Notes under the pieces: model-generated
Seen by the model: the letters and a program-made list of their open reading frames with translations, nothing else
Database searches by the model: none
Told to the model about the DNA's origin: nothing
In this document: piece after piece, positions 36,181 to 49,278 of the stretch
Position numbering within the stretch: position 1 is the first letter of the stretch
How the letters are laid out: each line of letters opens with the position of its first letter
Translations under genes and position numbers: made by a program
DNA from: Sphyrna mokarran
Lineage: Eukaryota
Reading direction: 5' to 3'
Length of the DNA stretch: 64,000 nucleotides
NCBI GenBank assembly: GCA_024679065.1
Contig: JAGIQG010000018.1
Location: 12,276,001-12,340,000, forward strand

Positions 36181-37339
36181 ATTAGAGATTTTAGAGTAGA
36201 TTAGAGCAACACAGCACAGGAAACAGGCCCTTCGGCCCAACGAGCCCGCGCCGCCGTCATAACTATATAGTAACAATTCCATTATCCTATTTTAATTTTA
36301 GGTTATTCCTAATATGGAAGAGTCTCAATGTGGGGACAATTTGTTTCCCAATCAGCCTAAGAGCGAATTTTTGGGATGTGGGAGAAAACCGGAGCGCCCG
36401 GAGAAAACCCACGCAACCACGGGGAGAACGCGCAAACTCCCGCAGACACCGGCCCAATTCCAAGTGTCTGCACAGCTACAGCGATAGTCACTGAACTGTC
36501 ATGGTGCCCTTCAGATGGTCCAGATAAAGCACTCATTTACGACATGAAGCACCAGGCAACCCATGAATCAACATCCAAGAGCTGTCCTCGCACCACCTGC
36601 CGAATGCATGCTCCTTGTTGGTCAAGTATGGACCGAATTACCTGGGGAAAAAAAAGCCATAGTTAAACAGTCCTACTATATCCCTCTATCTGCATACCGC
36701 TCATGTGGCTGTCCAAGAGACCCTTAAACAGCCCTAGCGTGCCTGCTCCCACCACCTTACTCGGCAGTGCATTCCACACCCCCACTACCCTTTGTGTGAA
36801 AAACTGCCCTCTAATATTCGTCTTATACATAGCCCCCCTCACCCTAAGGCCATGACCCCTCGTCCTATCCATTTCTGAAGGTGGAAAAAGTTTACCACCA
36901 TTTACTCTATCTATACCCCTTATAATCTTATACACCTCTATTAGATCCCCTCTAAGCCGACGTCTTTCAAGGGAAAACAACCCCAGTCTATTTAATCGTT
37001 CCTCATAAGACAGTCCTTCCATACCAGGCAGCATCCTGGTAAACCTCCTCTGCACTCTCTCCAAGGACTCCACATCCTTCCGATAGTACGGCGACCAGAA
37101 CTGGACGCAGTATTCCAAGTGAGGCCTAACCAACGTTCTATACAATTGCAACATCAAACTCCTACTCTTGTATTCTATACCCTTTTCTATGAAAGCTAAC
37201 ATACTATACGCTTTCTTTATCACCTTCTCCACCTGTGAAGACACCTTCAGAGACTTGTGAACCTGCACCCCCAAGTCTCTCTGCGTCTCTATACTCCGAA
37301 TAGTTTTACCTTTTATCCTATAACTCTTATAGGATATAA
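36181..37339 (-). mobile_element. Young 5'-truncated CR1 LINE (ORF2 C-terminus) with a V-SINE core in its 3' UTR
   Basis: Uninterrupted ORF with CR1 motifs LYRTLVRPHLEYCVQFWSP and FSLERRRLRGDLIEVYKI, stop at 36663; CR1 tail gggccgaagggcctgtttcctgtgctgt; perfect 13-bp TSD caatacattgatg at 36168-36180 and 37340-37352. Confidence 0.95.
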
Positions 37340-37497
37340 CAATACATTGATGCATTAAAGAAAATAAGGTCTAATTAACATAAGCTTCTAAATAAAGGCA
37401 ACCCAGTCACTCGTGATTGAACATTCAAGTCCAAGCCTGCAGCATTTGCGATTCAACTCTGTTTTGGAAGGACAAGCTTGGTTAGCTCTCAGTCAGA

Positions 37498-37512
37498 CCA
37501 CTAGATGGAGCA
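37498..37512 (+). promoter_or_regulatory. CTCF-like motif CCACTAGATGGAGCA
   Basis: Close match to the CTCF core; motif only. Confidence 0.5.
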
Positions 37513-37944
37513 GCACTGCACCTTGCAGTAGGAATTGACAATAGATTCAACTCTTGTCTCCCACTGGAGCTTCAAGTGCAATATTCGAAACCAGGCAAGG
37601 TGCAAAAGTAAAATATTACAAAAAGAAAAAAAATGACTTATTAACTGGAGATGACTAAGATGTTCACTCTAAAGGAAATAAACCTAGTGAATCTTTTCTA
37701 TGTATCAGGAGGCAGGTGAGGGATAGGGTTTTGAGGTGCACGGTGGGGAGTGTACACTTCACTCCACATGCAGAGTCACCAAAGCTGCATATAAATGCAG
37801 CAAGACTTTCTAATTCTAGCGCTCCTACTTTTGGGAAATGTAAAAACTTGCACGTTACACAGTGTCTTTATCTTTTACAAACACTGCTTTTGAAGTCAAG
37901 TCAGCAGATGTGACAGCAAGTTTGTGTGTAAAGTTCTACAAACA

Positions 37945-38250
37945 GCATTCCAGAGATGAGGTACACAATCTAGTCTAGCATTCCAGTGCAATATTTGATG
38001 GGGTTCTGCACTTTAGATGGTGGTTTCTTTCAGATGAGTCATCAAAACCAGCATCTCAGCTGGCCCTATTTAAAGAACACAGAAGTTATCCTGGGTATTC
38101 TGGTCAATATGTACCCATCAAACAATATCATTAAAATCAGATTGTCTGGTTATTACCATGATTTGTGGGACCTTGCTGTGGACAAACTGGTTCCTGTGTT
38201 TCCTACCTTGCAACAATGACTGTGACTAACATCTCTAGTTACAAAACAAT
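37945..38250 (+). mobile_element. Deu-domain SINE, decayed
   Basis: tctttcagatgag, ctggtcaatat, tttgtgggaccttgctgtggacaaactgg blocks. Confidence 0.65.
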
Positions 38251-38466
38251 TTTGGATCGTAAAAATTTTTATTATTCCTTAAATAAAGTGAAAGCCAATA
38301 CTGTGCAAGTAAGCTACACTTTCAGATCAAACAATTGTTCAATATAAACAGTTAGTAATTCCATGAAAAACTCGCATTTGTGCCTAATGAGCTAGATGCT
38401 GGTTGAACACTGGTCAAGGTCTGTTTAATGACGAAGTGTAGAAGACAGTGTGTGTCGGATACCAAC

Positions 38467-38615
38467 CGTACTAGTTCATCAGCACAGGCTGTAGCAATCG
38501 CCTCCTCTGCTTGACGTTCATAGTATTTGCATAGTATGTTCTCTGGTAATACTTTTTCCAGTTCACCATTGAGGAACGTGCAGCTACAGCAACTATCCAT
38601 ACAGCTCAACTGGGA
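38467..38615 (-). CDS. RNF216: RNF216 exon, 149 nt, RING1 end and linker (SQLSCMDSCCSCTFLNGELEKVLPENILCKYYERQAEEAIATACADELVR)
   Basis: Matches human [22 protein letters not shown]...ADELVR; acceptor tcccag, donor gttggt; phase 0-2. Confidence 0.97.
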
Positions 38616-39781
38616 CTGGGAACAAAGGAAAACAGATACAAATATATCACAAAACACATCAGTTTGATTGGTATTGAATGTAAGGGGGCCAAACAGTTTT
38701 GGTTATCAAAATTGTATTTGTTCATAAAATTAATTAGACACAGAACTGAGTTGCAAAGTATCTTAAATTATCAGAACATGATCTTCATTGCTAGTGCAAA
38801 CTTTGCACTACACAGAATGCCAAAAGAACCACAACCTAAAAAAACTATTAATTGCTGCTTAATCCCAATTCATCAAGATTTTTCTCTCAATTTATACTCA
38901 ATTCTCCTTTATCTCTCAAGAATTGTCTTCCCTGCTTTATCTCTGATCCTTCACATCATATTCCATCTCAGCTTCACAACTTCGATTTGTCTCGACACCT
39001 CATTTAAGCACACGATCCTGATGGACTTCATGCTGTTTCTCCAACACCACAGCTGAGAGACATGTGTTTGCTTCCATCCAGTCAGTGGTAACTTCATCCT
39101 GGCATACACTTTCATGGGCCACATGCTAATATCTCAACCAAATGGCTGTTGTTCGTATTTTTGCCAGGATAGCGAATGCCAATTAGCACCTGAAGTATTT
39201 ACTTGGCTCACCTAAATTCTGCACAAGACACTGTGATTGTTGGTTAATGATCAGAAGTACTAGCTTCATGTCTTTTCCTTTCTCGACCCAAAGGCATGTG
39301 GAGGAAGATAAACTTTAGCACCCCTACTATTGCATTCTAGCAGTTCAAATACTGTGTCTTTTTGATCTGTTCAATATTGTCCTTGTGCTTCCCTTAATCT
39401 TCGGTGCACTGTGCCTACATTTAAGCCATATTTCCTTATTGTCAATAAAGAGCTAGTGCCAATTGTCATGGCATCAGATCACATCCTCAATTAAAAATGA
39501 AAAATTAGCCCGCAGTTTAGCTTTCTGTAATAGATATCACATTTTAACTTGTTAATCATACAAATACAGTACAATGGTGAGGAAACCAACAGGTAGCACA
39601 ATTTCTTGCATTGTTAATAGGCAACTTACTACAAAACTTGGCACAGCTTGTACAATGAAACAGCTGGAACCAGGTAATGTCACAAAAAGGTACATGATTA
39701 TGGAAATTAAGCTCTTTTTATTCCAGGTATGCACTTAGACCTTAGGGACATAGCCTCTCGTTTTTCAAATTGCATCCTTAC

Positions 39782-39919
39782 CTTGCCAGCTCCAAACACA
39801 GCCTCCTGTGCATATCTCACGAGGCATTCTTTACAGAAGAGGTGACCATCACTACATTGTGTCAACTCCTCAAAGGCAAATTCTCCATAACAACAGCCGC
39901 ATTCAATCAGCTGTCCATC
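39782..39919 (-). CDS. RNF216: RNF216 exon, 138 nt, RING1 first part ([46 protein letters not shown])
   Basis: Zinc-ligand Cys/His pattern of RBR RING1; near identity to human; acceptor ttacag, donor gtaagg. Confidence 0.98.
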
Positions 39920-41174
39920 CTGTAAATGGCAAGAATTGGATTTAGTGCAGATTCATTTTGTCCACATGCTGGATAGCATACTTTTGACAATTTGACTTTT
40001 TTTTGTATCGTTAATTAAGTCCAAGTAAGTTGAATTAAGCAGCTAGAATAGAACAGTCCTGGTAGATTTTCCAAGCATATTTTGAAATCTGTCATTTCTA
40101 TTGAAACCATCTTGAATTCTGAATAGAAGGCAGTGATGAAGGATGTCGATTAATCTAAACAATGCTTTATTTGCAATATTTGTGCTGACTGCATCAATCA
40201 CTCTGGCTTGCTGTTAATCGTACCCATGGCATTGTTGATCAATATACCTAATCTCCATTTTGAGGTCTTCATGAACAAAATTACTCCAGCGTTTTCATGG
40301 AGTTCAGCATCTCCATGGACGCCCTGGAAGTTGCATTAGTGTTTTAGCAAAAAGCAGGCTTGTTTGAACCAGACAAAAACACTACAATCAATTTGACTAT
40401 GGACATTCAAATGGAGAAATGCAACCTAGAATTCAGCAGAAAAAAAGCAAGGCAATACAACATACACAATTTTGTTTTGAAGAGGCTGTTTTATCAATTG
40501 CTGTTAGTGACTTCAGTTATAGGGATGCAGGAATATCTGCATTATTAAAGAGATAATTGGCTGCTGACAGTGTGATAATTCTGAGTAACAGTTCAGAACA
40601 ACAGTAAAGCTGTTCTTTCTATTCCAAAGAAAACAACCGAATATTTGCACCTTAAAGAATTGCCTTACAAGAAAAACATTTAAAAATTACTTTTAAGCAT
40701 GTTGGGTTAGAAATTCTGGCATGTCCATACTTAAATCTTAAAGACAGGGAGTTTGAAACTTGGGCCTCAATAGAATGAAGACAGTGTGTGGGAGGAGTGG
40801 AAAACAGAGTTTAAAAATAGGGCTACAGGTAGCACACATATATGATGGTTGGTGTGGGAGATGTTGGTTGAGGAGGGGGAGCAAATATGGAGCGTTTGGG
40901 GATCATGCGTAAACAAGTGCTTTCTGCCCACTATTTTGGAGTCTCAGATGTTCACCCGGCACCTGAAAAATAGCCTTCTATGCTATCCAATTTCCAAATC
41001 CTGAAGAATGTATTGCAAATGCTTGATCCCACATTTTCCTGATGAAATCAGGTGACATCATTCAAAATTGCATACAATGCATTTAATGATCAAAACATGT
41101 AGATCATTCAGAAAGCTTTTCAAGGGAAAGGTGAATGTTATTTTAACTAAATTAAAAATCCATAAGGTACAAGA

Positions 41175-41280
41175 TTTTAAAACAAAAAAAGCGCTAGAAA
41201 TGACAGCAGCTCCAGCAGTATCTGGAAAGACAACTTAACATTTTGGTCTGACCAGCCCTTTATCAGAACTGGAAGGGGAA
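41175..41280 (-). mobile_element. Old Penelope terminus fragment
   Basis: gctagaaatgacagcagctccagcagtatctggaaag...ccctttatcagaactgg, similar to the 51495 terminus. Confidence 0.4.
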
Positions 41281-41623
41281 AACAGAACTGACGTAAGAAC
41301 AGAAAGAGGAGGAACATGGGTTGGCAAAAATTCAACATGTTTGCATTTAAATACAGCATTTCATGTAACAATCCAATGCACAGATGATTCTTAGCGTGCC
41401 TATTTTCAACTAGAGTCCAAAGGGCAGAACAAATCACAGAACAAAATCTGAGGCGATGCATCGGTACTTAAATGCACAAATGGAACAGATAGCTCTCAGC
41501 ATGGCTAATTTTGAAAGAAAACAAAGTAACTTATAAAAGATTTATGAAAATTGGTGCTACTCCAAAATTGGAAATGACACAGTTAATATGCTGACTTAGA
41601 AGTATTATCTGTCTTGTGCTTAC

Positions 41624-41674
41624 CTTTTGATATTGTTCTTCATTCATTTGCATAGCAAATTGAAAATCTGCATA
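41624..41674 (-). CDS. RNF216: RNF216 exon, 51 nt (YADFQFAMQMNEEQYQK)
   Basis: Matches human HEDFLLALQMNEEQYQK; acceptor ttgcag, donor gtaagc. Confidence 0.96.
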
Positions 41675-42904
41675 CTGCAACAGAGAGAGATTTATAAGTA
41701 CGACTCCAAGAGTGAATTGCAAACCATCCAACTTTTGAAATTTTCTTTGCCTATTGCTCTTCCCCCACTTGGTGGTCTTTATTTAAGGCTCCTTTTTGAG
41801 ATACAGTTCCATAAAGACCACAAATCCTCCAGCATCCAAGCAATTTATTCATACGTAAAGTTGGGACAGTTAAATACAGGACCAGCATATCAGGACAAAT
41901 CCTGTCATCATACGGGCATTTGCTGTGGGAATCAACAGATAGCAATCTAGAATCGAATTCTCAGTCCCTTCCTAAACTGAGGTGCCAAGGCTCACTGTGA
42001 CAGCCACATCCTGCCCACATGAAGGTCAACCAATTCAGCTGGAATAGTGAAGTCCAGACTATGACGCAGTTACTCATTGCATGAACTGGTTCGGGTGCCA
42101 GGAAGCTGGCAACACAAGCATATTTTTTTTCTTTAATGTTCTCTTGAGTTTTGAAAATATTTATTCCCAAAGTTCAAGAGTTGGTCGCTAAGTGACACAT
42201 TTCAAATGGATATTTTTTATCCCAATTTTCAAAAAATAATGACAACTTTTTTTTTTTATCCTTATCCCTCAAAATCCATACTTACTCAAGCGTGCAGTAG
42301 GTCCTGAAAGGGTTGTATGTTATTTCAATTTGGTGCAAGCTTCTTAAGATTTCTTTTGACTCCTTCCCAAATCAGCCTCCATTTTCACATCCAACCCCAA
42401 AAACCCCCTTCAGGCAATATGCAATCCAACTCACATGAGAAATGGTGCAAGAGATCCACTACAACATATTTAAAATATGGGCTATAGTATAGAATTAGAA
42501 AGCAAAACAGAAGAAAGAATGGAATGGGAAAAGGATGTGAATTAGAATTGGGAATGGGGAGTGGGCAGAGACATGGTAAAATTAAGCTGTTTAAGTCACA
42601 AATATGATTTAAGCACAACTATGCTTGTGTGAAAATGTATACTTCACATGGAAGTTTTCCCACAGAGAAGTAAAAAGATAGACTTGTCATAAGCCTATCG
42701 CGTTCAGGCCAACTCAACTAGTCCTGCTCCCTTCTCTTTCCCTGCAACCATGTAAACATTTTCAGTTCAGATAAACAACTAAATTCCTTGTGAAAGGCAC
42801 AATTTTCCAGGTTGCAGACAGTTTTGCAAATAAGTGTCTCCTCTGATCACCTTTGGTTCTTCTGCCATTCATCTTGTATCTACGTCCTAAGGTTCTTGAC
42901 CCTT

Positions 42905-43250
42905 TTTGTATTCATTTGTGGGGATATGGGCATTGACAGCTATCAATGGGCAATATTTACTGCCCATCCTTTGTTGCCCTTGCTCAGAGGGCAGCTGAGA
43001 GTCAAATTGCTGTGGCTCTGGGGTCGCATGTGGGCCAGACAGCAGACTTTATGCCTTAAAGGACTTCAGTGAATCAAATGGGTTTTTCCAACAATCGCAA
43101 AGGTTTGATGGTCATTGTAGATTCTTAATTCCGATATTTTTTGTTGAATTCAAATTCCACCATCCGGGATTCGATCCGGATTCCCAGGACATGAGCTGAG
43201 TTTCTAGTTGAATAGTCTCATGATAATACCAGTAGGCCATTACTTCCCCT
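42905..43250 (-). mobile_element. tRNA-derived SINE of a third family; another copy at about 23375-23760 (+)
   Basis: ttgaattcaaattccacca...gggattcga head; gggcagctgagagtcaa body shared with the 23.4-23.7 kb copy. Confidence 0.6.
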
Positions 43251-43445
43251 TGCACCAATGGAAACAATATTTCTGTACCAACTCTGCCTGGATCATTAGA
43301 TTTTAAATAGCCGTCACATTTTTTTCTCAAGCTTCTCTACTCTAAGGAAAATAGTGCTATCTTCTCCAATTTACCCATGTCACTCAAGTCACTCACTCCT
43401 GTTTACCCAATGAAATTGACTCTTCCCTAATTGACTATTTTTAAA

Positions 43446-43757
43446 ATCATAGAATCCCGACAGTGCAGAAGGAGGCCATTCAGCTCACTGACTGCATTGA
43501 CACTGACAGATCCAGGTCCTTTCTCTCAACCCTATCCCTGTAACCCCATACATGCCAAATCCATCCAAACTATACATCGTTGGACACTAGAGGGCAATTT
43601 AGCATAACCAATCCACCTAACTTGCACATTTTTGGACTGTGGGAGGAAACCTCTGAGGAAACCCACGCAAACACAGGGAGACCCATATAGTAACCGAAGG
43701 CTGGAATCAAACCTCCGTCTCTGACACTGACGCAGCAGTGCTAACCACTGTGCCGTC
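43446..43757 (-). mobile_element. V-SINE, HE1-like
   Basis: atcatagaatcccgacagtgcagaaggaggccatt...cagcagtgctaaccactgtgcc. Confidence 0.88.
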
Positions 43758-44424
43758 CTACTCTCGATTGCTCCTTACTTTTTTACATAGTTCATTTTAT
43801 CTTTCAGAACCAGATCCAGCAATGCCTCGTCCCTCAAAGAACTGGAAATATACTGGTTAAAAAAAGTCTCCTGTAGACAATTCAGAAACTCCTGTCCCTC
43901 TCAGCCTTTCACATTTTTATATCCCAGTCTATATCAGGATAGCTGAAGACCCTATTATCACTTGTCTTAATGTTCTTGCACATCTTCATAATCTCCCTAC
44001 AAATTTACTCTTTTCTATGTCTCCCGCTAGTTCGTAGCATATAGAAGATACCCAGTATCTGACCCCTATTGTTTCTTAACTCCAACCAAATTTTCCCATC
44101 TAAAACATCTCCTTTCTCCAGTACTGTAACATTCTCCTTATTCAATACTGCCACACCCCACCCCATTTATCCTTATTTATCTTTCCTGAACATCTTGTGT
44201 CCAGGTTAAGGGTCTTTTTCATCTGTAACAATCAGAGGTTTCCCTCTCACCATCAATAATACAATGCAGGACAATGCCTTTCATCTGGATTCAAGATAAG
44301 AAAACAGAATCCTGGCCACAAAATATTTAAACCACATCATTTAAGATAAACTTTTAGGATCTTGGAGCTTCCAGTTCAGTACAATTCCGCAAGTGCACAT
44401 TCTCCTTCTAAACATGTCATTCAC

Positions 44425-44564
44425 CTCTTCCATCTCTTTCATCTTCTGATGGAAGAACTTCAGTTCTTGTCGCACGAGTGGATGAAGGCCATCCTGCTCA
44501 TACGATCTCCAGTGTCGTCTTTTGTTTTCTAGAAAGCGCATCCGTCTCTCTATTTTAAAGGCAC
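44425..44564 (-). CDS. RNF216: RNF216 exon, 140 nt ([23 protein letters not shown]...QKMKEMEE)
   Basis: Matches human [20 protein letters not shown]; acceptor cctcag, donor gtgaat; phase 1-0. Confidence 0.96.
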
Positions 44565-45472
44565 CTGAGGAGAAATGTATTACACAGCTAGAATGAAAAG
44601 TTTTCAAGTTTAATCTTTCGAGCAGTGCAAAAATGAATATATAAATGCATATTTTTGTAAATCTAATGCACAAGCCTATTTTGATTTTCAAAATTCTATT
44701 TGTTGCAGACAGTTAACATGTACTACATATTTACATGGTTTCAAAGTGAATGAAGCACACAAAAGCAATGTTTAAGGTCATACTGAAATACTTAAACGTC
44801 AGTGGAGGTACAAACTCATGGCGTAATCAGGGATATTATGGCAACACTATCTGGCTTTCATTATAATGGTGTTCTTGGAAGACTTTAAACTGTTTCCAAT
44901 GAGTGGGATTAAAACAGAGTCCACAGCAACATGAAGGTTGCCAAGCACAATAAAAGGACACATTTCCATATGTTAGCAGATATCTTCTCCCAGACTGTTA
45001 ACAAAAGTGTTACCTTGGGTTTTCAATGCAGGAGTCGTTATGACAAATCCCGCAAGGAAGGAAAAAGATGTAAATAATCTGTGGTTTTTCAAGCTGTTCT
45101 TCAAAATGACTGCCAACGTTCCAATTTGAATAGGTTATATCTGAATATTGCAATGTTTTTGCAAATGTACTGGGAGATGTGTATTGTATGCATTGTGATA
45201 CATAAACAAGTAACACAATCAGAATGTGAGATACATGATGCGTATCAACGCCCACCCCAGTACTTGACGTTTGTGGCAAGGAGAGATGGATTGTTTTTCC
45301 GAATTACTCAAATGAACTACAAATGGAATTGGAGCCCACCCCATTCACTTAAATGCAACAACAAGCACTTAAAAATTATGGCTAAATTAGATTTTATTAT
45401 TTCAAGGAACATTAATCCAAACTGTCAGAACAGCCATGGGTGTTCCATACAGTAGCAGCTTTCATTCCTCAC

Positions 45473-45587
45473 CTTGTTCAAATTTAAAATTGATTGAATT
45501 AGATGAGCTCATTTCTTTTCGTCTGCTCTTTTTCTGACTGGATTGTGGTGAGTTTTCCTGCCACTGCTTAATGGCATCTGATAAGGC
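45473..45587 (-). CDS. RNF216: RNF216 exon, 115 nt ([39 protein letters not shown])
   Basis: Matches human ALSDAIKKWQE...IDFKFEQG; acceptor ttgtag, donor gtgagg; phase 0-1. Confidence 0.96.
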
Positions 45588-47449
45588 CTACAAGCAGCAA
45601 GAAAACAATAAAATAGCAATCACAGCGCACAGGTCAAAGAATAAAAAACAGTTGGTCTTAGATTTGTCATTCATAAACTAAATTACAAAGGAAAAGAGGG
45701 TACTCATGAAGTTCCTATGGTTCATTAGGTGAGTGCAATTTTTTTCTAAATGGAAGGAATTCCTAAGAGGCTTTGACCCTACTAAAGATGTTACTGCATC
45801 TAAATTAATTCCTTGAAAAAGTTAAAACTCAGTTTACTTAATGTACGATTCAAATCACAAATGGTAGCATTTAGCTTGCTGCAATCATAAAAAATGTTCC
45901 TCGGAGCAACAATTAGTTTTGTAGTCTATTCAACTGAAAATAAAAAGCCAGATTACATAATGAGCGATTAAATCACCATGCAAAACTGGAGGGCAGCAAC
46001 ACTTCAATCATTTTGTTCAAATGACCTCAGCTTGTTTTTGTGCAAGCATTAAGCGTATTCCTTGTGTAAATCAACTCGCCAGGCTAAGAACCAAAAACGT
46101 GTTGTCAATACGTCAATCATCTTCCCAGGTATACTGAACTCAGCATAAACGTACAACATCCAACGTTTAGGGAACAATTTTGAATCCAACATTACTGACA
46201 CCCATACTTAGCTCACAGTTCAGTCTTAACTTCAGCCACTAAACTGTATATCCAGATCAGAGAACACGGTTAATATCTTGTCACAAGAATCGAGTGCTGC
46301 AAAGGTTGGACATTGCAAAACAACATTTTGTATTTTTCCCTTCACTCAATTTTGTTGCTTGCCCTCCAATTCCAGATATGTTAAGAATTTGGATTTCCAT
46401 CATGCCTTAATGTATTAAAATGTCAAGGCATTTCAGGAGACCCACTGTGCAAAATTTGATACTGAGCCAGATAAGCAGACATCATGACAGGTAAGTAAAA
46501 ACTGAATGAATCAATAGATTTCAAGAGAGGAGAGGAAGGAGAGCAGCAGAGCGGCAGTGAAGTCAAGGGAGGGGATTACATGCTTTAAGCAGATACAGCT
46601 GAAAGCATGGTTGCCAGTGGAAGAGGCGTTTTTCAACACAAACCACTGGACAATACAAGAGCAGGAAACAAGCCCAATTTTTCTTTAAAAAACACAGCCT
46701 AAGGCAATGAAACAACTTGTAGTTCTTTCTACTGCCCCAGCTGGGATCAGCATTCATAGAGCAGAGATAAAGAGAGATTTGTCCCTGGAACCTTCTTGGT
46801 GTGCATGGCTCATCTACTAATAGCACACACCTATGACTGGTTAGTTTAAAACCCAAACTTCTCTTATAGTAGCATGCATCAAATTGAATTCTCCATGGTC
46901 TTTGGTCTGCCATTATTATTTCATCTGCTCTAGGTGATAGTAGGGCAACATTCAAATTCTTGAGTGGACACAGATAGTCCACTCCATTTACATACAGCAG
47001 GTTTGTGCAGAGTATGCTTGAATGTCTTACTCACAATAAACCTGTTGTTCTTAAAATTAGTAAAATATGAATCATTTTCCAACTGTGTATTTTCCAAAGA
47101 CATTAAATAAACCAATTTTGCAGATAAAATCAACTTCAACAAGATTTTAGCCTGAACCTCCAATCTAAGTACCTCATGCCATTATTCCTGATCACGGTCT
47201 TGAGAATACTTAGCAGAAAGTTTCCACAGCCCTCTATAACCAAACTTCATTTACTTCACACATTGATATAGGAGCAGGTAAATTGCAGAACATGACAGTG
47301 CATATTACAAATGTTCATATAACATTGCCATCTAAATGTCAGTACTGGGGTTGATCCTTTATCTCTTCAGTACGGTAAGTAATCAATAAATAAACTAAAA
47401 ACAGAAAAAGACCAAATAAAAACCAGGAAATGACATCGGCAGTGCAAAC

Positions 47450-47614
47450 CTTGCGGGTGATTGCATAGTGTCCCTTGAGCTCGTGTAAAGCCCATTTGAT
47501 GTCTTGACTGCTTAACATTTTGAAATCTGCCATGAGGAGGTCAGAAGCCTGAAGAAAACATTGCTGGTTCACAGGAGCAAGCTTTGAAAAGTCAAAAAAA
47601 TCCAGTTTGGGTTT
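47450..47614 (-). CDS. RNF216: RNF216 exon, 165 nt ([11 protein letters not shown]...[18 protein letters not shown])
   Basis: Near identity to human [31 protein letters not shown]; acceptor gaacag, donor gtttgc. Confidence 0.97.
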
Positions 47615-47990
47615 CTGTTCAATAGAAAACATACATATGTACAAATTTATTAGTGCACAAGAATTGTTCAGATAGCTATCTTGTACCTGCAGGAAAACTG
47701 GCACAAACATGTTGCTGGCCACTCAAAACCATTACTAAGTGGGGAAAAAAATTAAAGAACACTCACCAAAGTAAGTCAATTCTAAAGTACCAAGTTTTCT
47801 TTAACCCGACAGATTCTCGCCCCACTATTCCCATAATCAGAACAATTTAGGCTAGGCACTCTGTCATGTCCCTCTAGCCCATGGCATGAGATAAACCTGC
47901 TGCAGATCAAAATAGTTAAACCCCAATTTCCCCCGAACACTTTAGTTAAAAGAATATTCAATATGGAATGACAAGAATAAGCCAAGTTAC

Positions 47991-48081
47991 CTCTTCATTA
48001 CTTTCAAGCAAACTGCTGCTGTACGTGAAAATTAAATTCTTCTTCGGATAATCTGGATTTTCCAGGAGATGGTTGCACAAG
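47991..48081 (-). CDS. RNF216: RNF216 exon, 91 nt (LCNHLLENPDYPKKNLIFTYSSSLLESNEE)
   Basis: Acceptor tttcag, donor gtaact; matches human LCNFLLENPDYPK; phase 2-0. Confidence 0.94.
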
Positions 48082-49278
48082 CTGAAAATAAAGACAGAAG
48101 ATGAGTTAGGATTTGTGTAAACTCACAAGCAGCTTCCATTTTTGTTGAACTGAAGCACAGAATCATCCATTCAGTGTTATTAAATGATCTCTGCTTAGTC
48201 AATACATCAAGGGTGGAAGAAAGAAAATATCTTGAATGGAAGCCAATGTGGAAGTTCCAATGTACTCTGTAACCACAGAGGATTTGGTACCTTTAAAGAT
48301 GTTTTCTCTTAACTTATATTTTCTCCAACTCTCATAAACATCATCAATTAACATTTTGTAACAATCAGTAGCCAGTCCTTAAGATGATATATCATCTCAT
48401 ATCCCTCAGCAATTCTATGAAGTACACAGTTTTGGTTAATGTCTTATCTTGCCTTCTCTGATTTAATGGCAATGTTCAATGTAACACTACAGGGAACTAC
48501 AAGTCGAAAATCACAAGCTGCTACAAAACAAACACTTCATAAAATTGCAGGAGGGCTGTGGGGAATTTATTTCTTTGTTTCACAAAATCTCTCAGGTTTG
48601 TTTGTTAAAAAGTACTTCCAGCTTGGCAAAAAAACTGGAAATGGAATAAAATCTCACATGGCTCATTAACGATCAAGATTATGGGTATGTGGAGAACATT
48701 TTTTGCCATTCTCAATCAAGTTTTAGACAAGCATCATCATCATCTAAGTGTTTCCTTGGAGCAGCAGCTTTCAGTTTCTAATACACACAAGTGAATCTTA
48801 TCCATGATTGTGGACAGGCAAAGTGAGACAAAGAAGGGTGTTCAGCCATAAGTGATGTAGAACAGGAAAAGGAAAATTATTCTATTAAGGGATCCAGGAG
48901 AGAGGGATGCAGAAGATGCAAAGCACCAGGGTTTGTGCCTTGGCTCAAGACACTTTCTGTTGCACGTGATGTGGCTAATTATCCATGACCATGCTGAAAA
49001 ACATGAATTAAGCAACGTTTTAGTTTTATTCAATAATTATGGCATGTTTTAAATATAACCTACATCTCCTATCGCCTACCAGGAGGGAAGAAGAGGAAAT
49101 GATATTTGAATTGAACATGGCCGATGTCAGCAAGGAAGTGAAATCTCTGGGACACAGGAAGTTTCCATGTTCAGTCATCTGATTACAGGAATATGCCATT
49201 CCAGGGCTGAGTCGTTTATAACCACAAATTGAAATTGGGATATAATGTTCAAATGAGCCTTTATGGGGCAGATGAGCT

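Noticed and set aside
39160-39475. LF-SINE-like words (gccaattagcacc, tagtgccaattgtcatgg)
   Set aside because: Matches too short to assign without an HMM search
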